In this document: positions 1 to 9,617 of the stretch, in pieces
Position numbering within the stretch: the first letter of the stretch is position 1
Layout of the letters: each line of letters starts with the position of its first letter
DNA from: Candidatus Eiseniibacteriota bacterium
GTDB taxonomy: Bacteria > Eisenbacteria > RBG-16-71-46
Reading direction: 5' to 3'
Assembly: GCA_963707915.1 (NCBI GenBank)
Contig: OY970178.1
Coordinates: 512,001-576,000, forward strand
Length of the DNA stretch: 64,000 nt
Notes under the pieces: model-generated
The model's input: the letters and a program-made list of their open reading frames with translations, nothing else
Database searches by the model: none
What the model was told of the DNA's origin: nothing
Position numbers and translations under genes: made by a program

Positions 1-1
1 G

Positions 2-694
2 CTGGGCGCCGCGGCGTTCACGCTGGCGGGCGCCGCCTGGCGGGTGCTGCCGCATCCGCAACCGCTGGAGGAACTGTCGTACTACCCCTCGGGGCGCTAC
101 CTCGAACCCGCGACGCTCGGTCACGCCGCGACCGCGGCCGACCTCGCGTGGCTGCGGGCGGTGCAGTACTACGGCCAGCACCGTGCCACCGACAACCAGT
201 TCGTGAGGATGGGGCACGTGTTCGACATCCTCACCACGCTCGACCCCCGGTTCGAGCCGGCCTACTCGTTCGGCGCCTTCGCCCTGGCCCAGGAGGGCCG
301 GGACTTCCCGGCGGCCGAGCGCCTCATGCGGAAGGGCCTCGCGGCCAACCCGGCGAGCGGGGAACTGGCGTTCGAGATGGGCTTCCTCTACTACGTGCGC
401 CCCGGCGCGCGGGACTTGGAACGTGCCGCCGACTTCTTCGAGCAGGCCGCGCGCCTGCCGGACGGCCCTCCCCAGTCGGCCCGCTTCGCGGCCTTCGCCC
501 GGCAGAACTCCGGCGATCTCGCGGCGGCCTACGAGCTCTGGTCCCACGTCGAACGCACCTCACCCAACCGCTACCTGCGCGAAATCGCCCAGCGGGAGAT
601 GGCCCGGATCGTCGAGGCGCTGCAGCGCGGCCGCCGGGAGCACGCCATGGATCGCCTCGCCACGCCGGTCGTGCTGCTCCGGGAGCGGTCGTGA
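2..694 (+). CDS. TPR-like helical repeat protein, probably membrane-anchored (5' partial)
   Basis: The frame is open from the window edge (LGAAAFTLAGAAWRV...). It contains TPR-like helices (AAERLMRKGLAANP, LAFEMGFLYY, AADFFEQAA). Confidence 0.65.
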   Translation: MGAAAFTLAGAAWRVLPHPQPLEELSYYPSGRYLEPATLGHAATAADLAWLRAVQYYGQHRATDNQFVRMGHVFDILTTLDPRFEPAYSFGAFALAQEGRDFPAAERLMRKGLAANPASGELAFEMGFLYYVRPGARDLERAADFFEQAARLPDGPPQSARFAAFARQNSGDLAAAYELWSHVERTSPNRYLREIAQREMARIVEALQRGRREHAMDRLATPVVLLRERS

Positions 695-734
695 GGGCGC
701 GCCCGGGGGCCCCGCCGGGGGGGGCAATGTCCGC

Positions 735-762
735 TCAAGTCCAATCCGCGTACCGCCGATAA
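735..762 (+). promoter_or_regulatory. Putative sigma28 (FliA/WhiG-type) promoter upstream of pilM
   Basis: TCAAG (735-739), 15 nt spacer, then GCCGATAA (755-762), in the intergenic region. Confidence 0.55.
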
Positions 763-915
763 GCACCATGACAGGTCACCCGACTGGGTCCCCGGATCCA
801 GGGGTGGCCCGGAGTTCGGCCCGTTGTCGTTCGTTCCGCCGCGAGTGGCCAGAGAGCCCCGCGGTCCAGCCCGCCGTGCCGGGTCAGGCCCGCACCGCGT
901 CCAGGGAGTGAAGAC

Positions 916-1971
916 ATGCTCTTCGGCAAGAAGCAGTCCCTCGTGGGGCTGGACATCGGCAGCCACACCATCAAGGCGGTCGAGCTGGAGTCGTTGCCCA
1001 ACAAGTCCTGGCGGCTCACCCGCTGGGGCGTCTCCGCTCCGCTCGCCGAGGCCATCGTCGACGGCGAGATCATGGACCGCCAGCTGGTGACCGACGCCAT
1101 CTCCAACCTGTTCGAGTCGCGCGGCATCAAGTCGCGCAGCGTCGTGGCGGCGGTGAGCGGCCGCGCGGTGATCGTGAAGAAGATCACGATGAACCGCCTC
1201 TCCGCGGCCGACGCGCAGCAGGCGGTCTACTGGGAGGCCGAGCAGCACGTCCCGTACGACATCAACGACGTGTCGCTCGACTTCGAGATCGTGGGCCCCG
1301 CGCCGAACGACCCGAAGCAGATGCAGGTGCTGCTGGTCGCGGCGAAGAAGGACATGGTCACCTCGTTCGGCGACCTGATCCGCGAGGCGGGGCTCTCGCC
1401 GGCCGTGGTGGACGTCGACTCGTTCGCGGCGCAGAACGCGCTCGAGGCCAACTACGACTTCGCGCCCGAGGAGGTCGTCGCGATCCTGAACATCGGGGCG
1501 GAGATGACCAACATCAACATCGTCCAGGCCGGCGTGCCGTACTTCACCAAGGACCTGCAGGTGGGCGGCACGACGTTCGTCGAGGCCGCGCAGCGCAAGT
1601 TCAACCTGAGCCAGGCCGAGGCCGCGGCCGCGGTGCGCGGCGAGTCGGGCTCGAGCCTCGAGCTCGCGCCGGTGATCGAGCAGGCCTGCGAGGGGCTGGC
1701 GACCGCGCTCGAGCGCGCGCAGGCGTTCCTGCGCACGTCGGGCGAGGCGGGCGCCATCTCCCGCATCATGCTGTGCGGCGGGAGCGCGCTCACGCCGGGC
1801 GTGCCGGAGTTCATGCAGCGCCGCTTCGGCGTCACGACCGAGATCGCCAACCCGCTGGCCCGTGTCAGCTATGACCCCGCGTTGTTCGCCGGGCAGGACG
1901 TCATGAAGGTGGCGCCGCTTCTGACGGTCGGGATCGGACTCGCGCTGCGCCGCGTGGGAGACAAGAAATGA
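916..1971 (+). CDS. pilM: Type IV pilus assembly protein PilM (actin-like)
   Basis: VGLDIGSHTIKAVEL N-terminus, EAEQHVPY, VLLVAAK, IMLCGGSA, and C-terminal IGLALR. Confidence 0.95.
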   Translation: MLFGKKQSLVGLDIGSHTIKAVELESLPNKSWRLTRWGVSAPLAEAIVDGEIMDRQLVTDAISNLFESRGIKSRSVVAAVSGRAVIVKKITMNRLSAADAQQAVYWEAEQHVPYDINDVSLDFEIVGPAPNDPKQMQVLLVAAKKDMVTSFGDLIREAGLSPAVVDVDSFAAQNALEANYDFAPEEVVAILNIGAEMTNINIVQAGVPYFTKDLQVGGTTFVEAAQRKFNLSQAEAAAAVRGESGSSLELAPVIEQACEGLATALERAQAFLRTSGEAGAISRIMLCGGSALTPGVPEFMQRRFGVTTEIANPLARVSYDPALFAGQDVMKVAPLLTVGIGLALRRVGDKK

Positions 1972-2537
1972 TCCGGATCAATCTCCTCCCCGGGGAGGAC
2001 AAGCGGCAGCGCAAGTCCGCCGTCGCGCTGAAGGCCGGCGACATGCTCGTGCCGCTCGCGCTCGTCGTGGCGACGGTGCTGGTCGTGGCGGGGACGGCGC
2101 TCTCGCAGCGCACCCGCGCCGACGGCCTGGTGCGCTCCATCGCGGACGTGGACGCCCAGTCGCGCGTGCTGGCGCCCCAGATCGAGCGGGTCAACCGCCT
2201 GGCGCAGGAGCGCGCCGAGCTGGACCTGCGGCTCGGCATCATCGGCAAGCTGCAGAAGGGACGCACGCAGAGCGTGCGGCTCATGGACGAGCTGGCGCGC
2301 TGCATCCCCGAGCACCTGTGGGTCGGCGTCGTCAACCAGGAAGGCGCCTCCACGCTGAGCATCGAGGGCACCACGCTCTCGAACCTCGTGGTCTCGGACC
2401 TCATGTCGAGACTCGAGCGCTCACCGCTCTTCGCGAACGTGGAGCTCGACGTGGCCGAGCATGCCGCCATCGCCGATCGCGACGTCGTGCGCTTCCGGGT
2501 GACCTGCCAGGTCACTCCGGACGAACCGGCCCAGTAG
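1968..2537 (+). CDS. pilN: Type IV pilus assembly protein PilN
   Basis: Starts with the MIRINLLP signature, then a TM helix and coiled coil. ATGA overlap with pilM. Confidence 0.93.
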   Translation: MIRINLLPGEDKRQRKSAVALKAGDMLVPLALVVATVLVVAGTALSQRTRADGLVRSIADVDAQSRVLAPQIERVNRLAQERAELDLRLGIIGKLQKGRTQSVRLMDELARCIPEHLWVGVVNQEGASTLSIEGTTLSNLVVSDLMSRLERSPLFANVELDVAEHAAIADRDVVRFRVTCQVTPDEPAQ

Positions 2538-2547
2538 GGAGAACGCC

Positions 2548-3192
2548 ATGCCCAACCTCGATCTCAAGAACCCGGTGGTGCAGAAGACGGTGCTCAGCGT
2601 GCTGCTGTCGGTCGGCCTGCTGGGGGTCTTCTTCTTCACGCACTTCCTGCCGTTCGGCTACCCGAACCAGCAGGACCGGCTCAATTCGCTCAAGAGCGAC
2701 TTCGAACGCAAGTCCACCGAGCTGGCCCGGGCCCGCACCACCGTGGCGGACCTGCCCCGCTTCGAGGCGGAGTACGAGCAGCTGCACGACCGCTGGGTGC
2801 TGGCGGCCGAGTTGCTGCCGACGGACCGCCAGCTCGGCTCGCTGCTCCGCAAGATCACGCTCGCGGGCCAGGAGACCGGCGTGCAGTTCGGGCGCTTCAA
2901 GCCCTCGGCCCCCAAGACCGAGACCTACTACACGGAGATGCCGGTGCAGATCGCGGTCAGCGGCGGTTACCACCAGGTGGGGTCCTTCCTCGCCGAGCTG
3001 GCGAACCTGCGCCGCATCGTGACGGTCACGGACCTGCGGCTCAAGACCAACCCGGGCCTCGCGGCCAACCCGCTCGCCACGACCGCCATCGAGGTCACCG
3101 CGTCGGCCTACAGCCTGAACACCACGCCGGCGGTGGCGCCGGCGAAGAGCGCCCGCAAGGGGGGAGGCCCGGATGCGCGCAAGTCTTCGTAA
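2548..3192 (+). CDS. pilO: Type IV pilus assembly protein PilO
   Basis: TM helix, coiled coil, LLP motif and YYTEMPVQIAVSGGYHQVGSFL..LRRIVTV. Confidence 0.93.
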   Translation: MPNLDLKNPVVQKTVLSVLLSVGLLGVFFFTHFLPFGYPNQQDRLNSLKSDFERKSTELARARTTVADLPRFEAEYEQLHDRWVLAAELLPTDRQLGSLLRKITLAGQETGVQFGRFKPSAPKTETYYTEMPVQIAVSGGYHQVGSFLAELANLRRIVTVTDLRLKTNPGLAANPLATTAIEVTASAYSLNTTPAVAPAKSARKGGGPDARKSS

Positions 3193-3928
3193 GCGGATCC
3201 CGCACGCCGGGGTCGCGCGCACCGCGGTGGTGCTGCTGGTCGCGTGCGCCGGCCTGACGGCGGAACCGGTCCTGGCGGGCTCCTCGGTCGAGGCGCGCGC
3301 CGTCCTCGCCGCACGCCAGGTCGCGGCGCGGGCCGAGACCCGCGTGCAGGCGCAGAACGTCATCGCGGGCACGAAGGTGCCCGCACGGAAGCCGGTCCCG
3401 GCGAAGGCCGTGGTTCCGGCGAAGGCCGTTCCGGCGGCGGTCGCGGTCCCGGCAAAGGTCGGGAGTCCCGCGGTCCGCCCGCCGGTGAGCGGCCGGCCCC
3501 GCGTGGCGGCGGTCGTCCGCCCGCAGGTCACGGCGGTCCCCGCGTCGACGCGGCCCGGCATGAGCACCGTGCCGGCGCCCGCGGTCGCGCGGCTCGACGA
3601 CCAGGTGACGTACCAGTACAACGCGCTGGGGCGGCGCGACCCGTTCATGCCGCTCGTGGGCGGCGCGGAATACGTCCCCATCGACGCCCCGCCCGACGTC
3701 GGCGCCCTGCAGGTCGTGGGCATCGTGTGGGGGAGCACGGACAAGTTCGCCATCGTCGAGGATGGCCGGGGGAACAGCTCGGTGCTGCGCCCCGGCGACA
3801 AGGTCATGAACGGAGTGGTGGAAGGTCTGAAGCGGGACGCCATCATCCTGAGCCTCACCACGGACGGTCAGACGCAGTCGGTGACCATTCCACTGACGCG
3901 GAAGGGAGATTCGAATGCGAACCGCTAA
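3173..3928 (+). CDS. pilP: PilP-like type IV pilus assembly protein
   Basis: Lies between pilO and pilQ. Has an RRDPF motif and a C-terminal beta domain (LQVVGIVWG..AIVEDG). The linker is long and Pro/Ala/Val/Lys-rich. Possible LVAC lipobox. Confidence 0.7.
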   Translation: MRASLRKRIPHAGVARTAVVLLVACAGLTAEPVLAGSSVEARAVLAARQVAARAETRVQAQNVIAGTKVPARKPVPAKAVVPAKAVPAAVAVPAKVGSPAVRPPVSGRPRVAAVVRPQVTAVPASTRPGMSTVPAPAVARLDDQVTYQYNALGRRDPFMPLVGGAEYVPIDAPPDVGALQVVGIVWGSTDKFAIVEDGRGNSSVLRPGDKVMNGVVEGLKRDAIILSLTTDGQTQSVTIPLTRKGDSNANR

Positions 3929-5267
3929 GCTCCTGGCGAGCCTGATGCTGGTCGCCGGCACCGTCCTCCTCACCCTGGCGCCCGTCCCGGCCGGCGCGCA
4001 GGACTCGGGATCCATGAAACAGGTGGGCCTCGTCCGCACCGGCTCGGGGACGTTCAGCATCGAGGTGGAGGGCGCGGACATCCGCACCGTGCTGCGCGCC
4101 ATCTCCGAGTTCAGCGGGCGCAACATCGTCATCAGCGGGGAGATCAGCGGCAAGGTGCGGGTCGCCCTCAAGAACGTCGCCTGGCAGGACGCGCTGCGGA
4201 CCGTGCTGCGCTCGAACGGCCTGGACTACGTCGAGGAGAACGGCATCCTGCGCGTGGACCAGATGACGAAGCTCCAGGCGGAGGCCGTCGAGCGCGAGAC
4301 CGCCAGGGCCAAGCAGCAGGAACTGGTGGCGCTCGAGACGCGCATCGTGAAGCTCAACTACGCCAACGCGGGCGAGCTCACCACCGCGCTGGTCGGCTCG
4401 CTGACCAAGCGCGGCAGCATCCTGGTCGAGAAGCGCACCAACTCGCTGATCGTCAGCGACCTGCCCGAGCGGGTGGGCCCGGTCGAGAAGATGGCGCGCG
4501 ACCTCGACACCGCCACGCCGCAGATCCAGATCACCGCGAAGCTGGTGGACGTCGACGTCGAGGCCCTGCGCGGGCTCGGGGTCGAGTGGAACATCGCGCC
4601 GGCGGAGCCGGAGTACTGGAACGGCACGAGCCTGCCCGGCGGCGGCGCGCTGCACAATCCCGACCGCAGCCTCAACCTGGCCGCCGAGCACAAGACCGGC
4701 ATCAGCGATCCCGCGAACCGGCTGACCTTCGGCATCTTCAAGAACTGGGGCTCCATCGAGGCCCAGCTGCAGACGCTGGAGCAGAACCGCAAGGCCAAGA
4801 TCATCTCGAATCCCCGGATCACGACGGTGGACAACCGGGAAGCCAAGATCCTGGTCGGCCAGAAGATCCCGCTCATCGTGCAGGACGTGGCGGGGAACCC
4901 GGTGTCGCAGCTGCAGACCATCGGTGTGCTGCTCCGGGTCACGCCGCACCTGACCGACGACAAGAAGATCGTCATGGACCTCCACCCCGAGGTCAGCGAC
5001 CTGTCCACGCAGAGCACCGTGCAGGGCGGCGTCATCATCAACACCAGCGAGGCCGACACGCGCGTGATGGTGGACGACGGCCAGACCGCCGTCATCGGCG
5101 GCCTGATCCGCACCAACGAGGGCACGGTGCGCCGAGGCGTGCCGTTCCTGAAGGACATCCCGCTGCTGGGGCTGCTGTTCAGCTCCACGAACACGGTGGA
5201 CTCGAGCCGCGAACTGCTCATCTTCGTCACCCCGCGGATCATCACCAGCATGGCCAGCAACGAGTAG
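3915..5267 (+). CDS. pilQ: Type IV pilus secretin PilQ (short form, no obvious AMIN domains)
   Basis: ADIRTVLRAISEFSG, QIQITAKLVDV, IISNPRITTVDNREA, VPFLKDIPLLGLLF, ELLIFVTPRII. Confidence 0.93.
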   Translation: MRTAKLLASLMLVAGTVLLTLAPVPAGAQDSGSMKQVGLVRTGSGTFSIEVEGADIRTVLRAISEFSGRNIVISGEISGKVRVALKNVAWQDALRTVLRSNGLDYVEENGILRVDQMTKLQAEAVERETARAKQQELVALETRIVKLNYANAGELTTALVGSLTKRGSILVEKRTNSLIVSDLPERVGPVEKMARDLDTATPQIQITAKLVDVDVEALRGLGVEWNIAPAEPEYWNGTSLPGGGALHNPDRSLNLAAEHKTGISDPANRLTFGIFKNWGSIEAQLQTLEQNRKAKIISNPRITTVDNREAKILVGQKIPLIVQDVAGNPVSQLQTIGVLLRVTPHLTDDKKIVMDLHPEVSDLSTQSTVQGGVIINTSEADTRVMVDDGQTAVIGGLIRTNEGTVRRGVPFLKDIPLLGLLFSSTNTVDSSRELLIFVTPRIITSMASNE

Positions 5268-5390
5268 CGGGCCGGCTGCGCGCGACGGCCGCCGGTGCTC
5301 CCGGCGGCCGTCGTCGTTGTGCGCCCGGACCACGGGCCTCCGCTGGCCGCGGCTGGCGGTCCTCGAATCATCCGGGGTAGGGTGTCCGCC

Positions 5391-5942
5391 ATGACGATCC
5401 CGGATCAGCGCCCCATCGCCCTGGTGGGCTTCATGGGCGCCGGCAAGAGTACCGTGGCGCGGGCGCTGGGCGAGCGGCTCGGGACGGCCGTCGCCGACCT
5501 CGACGCGATGGCGGAGGCCGAACGCGGCCACTCGGTCGCCGAGCTCTTCGCGCGCGAGGGCGAGCCCGCGTTCCGCCGCCTCGAGGGCCGCATCCTCCAC
5601 CAGGCACTGGCCGCGGGGGCGGGCGTCATCGCCTGCGGCGGGGGCATCGTGCTGGACCCCGCTCACCGGGACGCGCTGGCGGCGCGCTGCCGCGTCGTCT
5701 GGCTGGAGGTCAGCCCGGCCTGCGCGGCGCTGCGCCTGGCGGAGACCGCGGGCTCGCGTCCGCTGCTCTCGACCGCCGCGGCGGGCGGTGCCGCGACGCT
5801 GTCGCAGCGGATCGACGCCCTGCTGGCCGTGCGCCGGCCCCTGTACGAACAGGTGGCGCAGGCGCGGGTCCCGGTCGATGGCCGGACGGCCGACGAGGTC
5901 GCGGACGAGGTGCTCCGCGTGCTGGCGGTGCGGGCGGGATGA
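5391..5942 (+). CDS. aroK: Shikimate kinase
   Basis: P-loop GFMGAGKST, GEPAFRRLE, CGGG, RPLL, RRPLY. ATG at 5391. Confidence 0.92.
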   Translation: MTIPDQRPIALVGFMGAGKSTVARALGERLGTAVADLDAMAEAERGHSVAELFAREGEPAFRRLEGRILHQALAAGAGVIACGGGIVLDPAHRDALAARCRVVWLEVSPACAALRLAETAGSRPLLSTAAAGGAATLSQRIDALLAVRRPLYEQVAQARVPVDGRTADEVADEVLRVLAVRAG

Positions 5943-6766
5943 CCAGGCTCCGGCGGGCCGTCGCGCGGGCGGCGATGATGTTGGCGCTGGTCGCGGGATG
6001 CGCGCCGCGCCCGACGGGAGTCGCGCCGGTGACCGGCGGGGCGCGCGAGGAGCTCTACCTGTCGCAGCTGTCGCGACGCGAACAGCGCGCGGCCATGGTC
6101 GAGGGGGCGGCGACGGTCTGGGCACGGGCCGGTGCGGCGTGCGACAGCTGCCCGCCGCTCCGGCTGCCGGCCGTGCAGGCGGGGTTCGTGGTGGCGTGGC
6201 CGGAGGCCTTCCGGCTGCGCGTCGGATCGCTGTTCGGCGCGGCCCTCGATGTCGCCCTGGACGGCGACTCGATCACGGCCTACGTGCCCTCGCAGCGGCT
6301 CGGCCTGGCGCTCGACGCGGGGAGCGACTCGCTCGGCGTCGAACGGCCGGGGCGCTTCGCGACGCGCCTGGTGAGCGCCGGGTGGCGGCCGCCGCGGCCG
6401 GCCTGGGCGGACGGGACGTGGGAGGGACGGTGGCTGGTGCTGCGCTGGGCGGAGGCCGCGGATTCGATCGCGCTGGCGGTCGACGCGGCCGGCGTCCCGG
6501 CGTGGGCGCGCCAGTGGCGGGACGCCGGCCGCGGGGTGGTCATCGAATACCAGCGCTGGGAGTCGGTGGACGGCGTGGACTGGCCGGCCCTGGTCGAAGT
6601 GCACGCGCCGGCCGGCCCGCTCGACCTCACGCTGCGGCTCGACCGCGTGACGTTCCCCGCCGTCCCCGACCGCTCCCGCTTCGGGGTGCGCATCCCCGGG
6701 GACGCCGAGCGCGTCGGGCCCGAGCGGCTGCGGGGGATGCTGGAGCGCGCGGGAGGCCGGCGATGA
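5939..6766 (+). CDS. Lipoprotein, possible LolB/DUF4292-like fold
   Basis: Lipobox LVAGC and a beta-rich body (WPEAFRLRV..LFG, VVIEYQRW..VDG..WPALVEV). The family assignment is tentative. Confidence 0.5.
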   Translation: MTRLRRAVARAAMMLALVAGCAPRPTGVAPVTGGAREELYLSQLSRREQRAAMVEGAATVWARAGAACDSCPPLRLPAVQAGFVVAWPEAFRLRVGSLFGAALDVALDGDSITAYVPSQRLGLALDAGSDSLGVERPGRFATRLVSAGWRPPRPAWADGTWEGRWLVLRWAEAADSIALAVDAAGVPAWARQWRDAGRGVVIEYQRWESVDGVDWPALVEVHAPAGPLDLTLRLDRVTFPAVPDRSRFGVRIPGDAERVGPERLRGMLERAGGRR

Positions 6767-7386
6767 GGCGGGCCCTGTGGATCCTGTCGTGCGCGCTGCT
6801 GGGGCTGCCGGCCGCGGGCCCGGTCGCCGCCGCCGTGGGCGACGCACCGGCTTCGAGCCGCGCCCTGCTGGCCAGGCTGCGCTCGGCGGGGCGCGCCGAG
6901 GCCACGCTGCGGCTCGGCCGGCTCGACCCGCTGAGCGGGCGCACCACCGTCGTGCGCGGGCGGCTCGTCCTGGAGCTGCCGCGGTTCGCGCGCCTGGAGC
7001 TCGAGGACGGGCAGCGCCTCACGCTGCGCGCGGACGGCGGCGACTGGCTCCAGCCGGCGACGCGCCAGCTGGTGCGCGCGGGGAACCGCTCGGCAGCGGG
7101 GGCGCTGGTGTGGTGGGGCGTGCTGCTGGACCCGCAGTCGACCGGGATCCTGGAACGCAAGGTCGGTGCGCGCCAGTACCTGCTCCGCTGGCCGGCGGCG
7201 GGTGAGCCCGTGATGCAGCGGGTCGAGCTGGGGACGGACGGACTGCCGCGCCGCCTGACGGTCGAGGCGGGCCCGGGAGAGCGCGTGGAGTACGTCCTCA
7301 CCCGCTGGCGCTTCGTGCGGTCGCGCGGCCCCGCCGAGTTCACGCTCGCGGCCCCGGCGGGCTTCGAGGTCGTGGAGCTGCCGTGA
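6763..7386 (+). CDS. LolA-like outer-membrane lipoprotein carrier family protein
   Basis: ATG at 6763 overlaps the upstream stop. Signal peptide, GRLVLELPRFARLEL, DGGDWLQP..RQLV, and a C-terminal FTLAAPAGFEVVEL like LolA 'F.F.PP.G..V'. Confidence 0.65.
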   Translation: MRRALWILSCALLGLPAAGPVAAAVGDAPASSRALLARLRSAGRAEATLRLGRLDPLSGRTTVVRGRLVLELPRFARLELEDGQRLTLRADGGDWLQPATRQLVRAGNRSAAGALVWWGVLLDPQSTGILERKVGARQYLLRWPAAGEPVMQRVELGTDGLPRRLTVEAGPGERVEYVLTRWRFVRSRGPAEFTLAAPAGFEVVELP

Positions 7387-7446
7387 CGCTCCTCGACCGC
7401 GGCCGATCCCGTGGGCGCGTGGATGCGCCGAAGTCGCGCCTCCCGC

Positions 7447-7475
7447 TTGACACCCTCCGGATGCTCGCGGAGACT
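7447..7475 (+). promoter_or_regulatory. Putative sigma70 promoter for the rsmD-coaD operon
   Basis: TTGACA-N17-GAGACT. Confidence 0.4.
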
Positions 7476-7486
7476 CGCAGCCGCTC

Positions 7487-8065
7487 GTGCGCGTGATCGC
7501 GGGGTTCCTCGGAGGGCGCAGGCTCAAGGCGCCGCGCGGCCGGGAGACGCGGCCGACCTCGGACCGCGTGCGCGAGTCGCTCTTCATGGCGCTCGAGCCC
7601 CTGGCCGGGCTGATGGTGGTCGACCTGTACGCCGGCTCGGGGGCGCTGGGGATCGAGGCCCTCTCGCGCGGCGCGGCCCGGGCGGAGTTCGTCGAACGCG
7701 AGGCGGCGGCGCGCCGGGTGCTCGAGGAGAACCTCGCGGCGCTCGGACTGGCCGGTTGCAGCCGGGTTTGGGCGCTCGACCTGCCGCGCGGGCTCGAGCG
7801 GTTGCGCGGGGAGCTGGCGCGGGCCGACCTCGTGCTGGCCGACCCGCCGTACGGCGGAGGGCCGGCCCGGGAGGTCCTGGAGACGCTGGGGCGGCCGGGG
7901 ACGCTGAAGCCGGGGGCGCGGGTGGTGGTCGAGCATCACGCGAAGGACGAGGTGCCGGAATCGAGCGGGTGTCTCGCGCGGATACGCACGCGGCGGTACG
8001 GCGAGACGACGCTGAGCACGTACCAGGCGGCGGAGCCATCCGCCGCCGAGGAGCGAGGGCGATGA
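7487..8065 (+). CDS. rsmD: 16S rRNA m2G966 methyltransferase RsmD
   Basis: MRVIAG..GRRL, TRPTSDRVRESLF, DLYAGSGALGIEALSRGA, DPPY. Confidence 0.95.
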   Translation: MRVIAGFLGGRRLKAPRGRETRPTSDRVRESLFMALEPLAGLMVVDLYAGSGALGIEALSRGAARAEFVEREAAARRVLEENLAALGLAGCSRVWALDLPRGLERLRGELARADLVLADPPYGGGPAREVLETLGRPGTLKPGARVVVEHHAKDEVPESSGCLARIRTRRYGETTLSTYQAAEPSAAEERGR

Positions 8066-8610
8066 CCACGAGCCGGACGGCGCTGTTCCCCGGGACGTTC
8101 GATCCGTTCACCAACGGGCACCTCGACCTGGTACAGCGGGCGGCGCACCTCTTCGACCGGGTGGTCGTGGCCGTGGCCGACAACCCGGCGAAGGGAGTGC
8201 TGTTCACGCTGGAAGAGCGCGTGGAGATGATCCGCGACGCCACGCGGGGGATGAAGAGCGTGGCCGTGGTGTCGTTCGGAGACCTGGTGGTGGACTGCGC
8301 GCGCCGGGTGCGCGCTCAGGTGATGATCCGGGGCCTGCGGGCGGTCAGCGACTTCGAATTCGAGTTCCAGATGGCGCTGATGAACCGCCGGCTCTCGCCG
8401 CGGCTCGAGGTCGTCTTCCTGATGCCGAGCCAGCAGTACACCTACCTGAACTCGACGCTGGTGAAGGAAGTCGCGCGCCTGGGCGGCGACGTGCGGGACC
8501 TGGTGCCGCGGCTGGTGGCGGCGCGGCTGGACGAGCGCCTGCGGCCGGCGGCGCGCCGCGGGGCGCGGACCCGCGGCGCGGCACGGACGACGGGGCGACC
8601 ACCGGCTTGA
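8062..8610 (+). CDS. coaD: Phosphopantetheine adenylyltransferase
   Basis: FPGTFDPFTNGHLD, RGLRAVSDFEFE, STLVKEVA. ATG at 8062. Confidence 0.96.
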   Translation: MTTSRTALFPGTFDPFTNGHLDLVQRAAHLFDRVVVAVADNPAKGVLFTLEERVEMIRDATRGMKSVAVVSFGDLVVDCARRVRAQVMIRGLRAVSDFEFEFQMALMNRRLSPRLEVVFLMPSQQYTYLNSTLVKEVARLGGDVRDLVPRLVAARLDERLRPAARRGARTRGAARTTGRPPA

Positions 8611-9602
8611 GTGCGATCCTGGAGCGTCTGCGGCGTGCGGCGCGGTCGCGTCCCCAGCGGCTGCTGCTGGCGGAGGCGGAGGACGAGCGCGTGGTGCGCG
8701 CGGCGGAGACGATCGTCCGCGAGCGCATCGCCCGGGTGGCCGTGGTGGGCTCCCGCGCCGTGCTGCGGGAGACCGCGCGCAAGGCGGGCGTGGGGCTCGC
8801 CGGCGTCGAGCTGATCGAGTCGGACGGGGCGGACGAGATCGCGCGCACCGCCGCCGAGTTGCGCGCGGCGCGCGGTGACCGCCTGGGCGGTGCCGACCTC
8901 GAGCGCTACGCCCGCGACCCCCTCTTCCAGGCGGCGTGCCGCGTCCGGGTGGGGCTGGCGGACGGATTCGTGTGCGGGGCGGTAAGGACCACCGCGGACG
9001 TGCTGCGGGCGTCGCTGTACCTGGTGGGCCTGGCGCCGGACACCCGCACGCTGTCCTCGTACTTCCTGATGGTGCTGCCCGCCGCCGCCGGGCGCGAGCG
9101 CGTGCTGGTCTTCGCGGACTGCGCGGTCGTGCCCGACCCGACCGCGGAGCAACTCGCGGACATCGGCATCATGGCGGCGACGCACTTCCGGCGCCTGACG
9201 GGGGAGATCCCGCACACCGCCTTCCTGTCGTTCTCGACGCGCGGGTCGGCCGACCATCCGCACGTGGCGAAGGTGCGGCAGGCCGTGTCGCTGGCGCAGG
9301 AACGGCGGCCGGACCTGCACCTGGACGGCGAGTTGCAGCTCGACGCGGCCATCGACCCGCAGGTGGGCCGCCGGAAGGCGCCGGGCAGCGTGGTCGCGGG
9401 AGCCGCGAACGTGCTGGTCTTCCCGGACCTGGACGCCGGCAACATCGGTTACAAGCTGGTCCAGCGGCTGGCCGGAGCGCGGGCCTGTGGCCCGATCCTG
9501 ATGGGACTCGCCCGGCAGTGCAACGACCTCTCGCGGGGGTGCAGCGCAGCGGACGTCGTCGAGACCGGCACGATCGCCTGCGCGCTTTCCGCGACGAACT
9601 GA
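8607..9602 (+). CDS. pta: Phosphate acetyltransferase (short form)
   Basis: FADCA, LSFSTRGS, DGELQLDAA, FPDLDAGNIGYK, NDLSRG. Confidence 0.92.
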   Translation: MSAILERLRRAARSRPQRLLLAEAEDERVVRAAETIVRERIARVAVVGSRAVLRETARKAGVGLAGVELIESDGADEIARTAAELRAARGDRLGGADLERYARDPLFQAACRVRVGLADGFVCGAVRTTADVLRASLYLVGLAPDTRTLSSYFLMVLPAAAGRERVLVFADCAVVPDPTAEQLADIGIMAATHFRRLTGEIPHTAFLSFSTRGSADHPHVAKVRQAVSLAQERRPDLHLDGELQLDAAIDPQVGRRKAPGSVVAGAANVLVFPDLDAGNIGYKLVQRLAGARACGPILMGLARQCNDLSRGCSAADVVETGTIACALSATN

Positions 9603-9617
9603 GGGAGGACGGACTCC

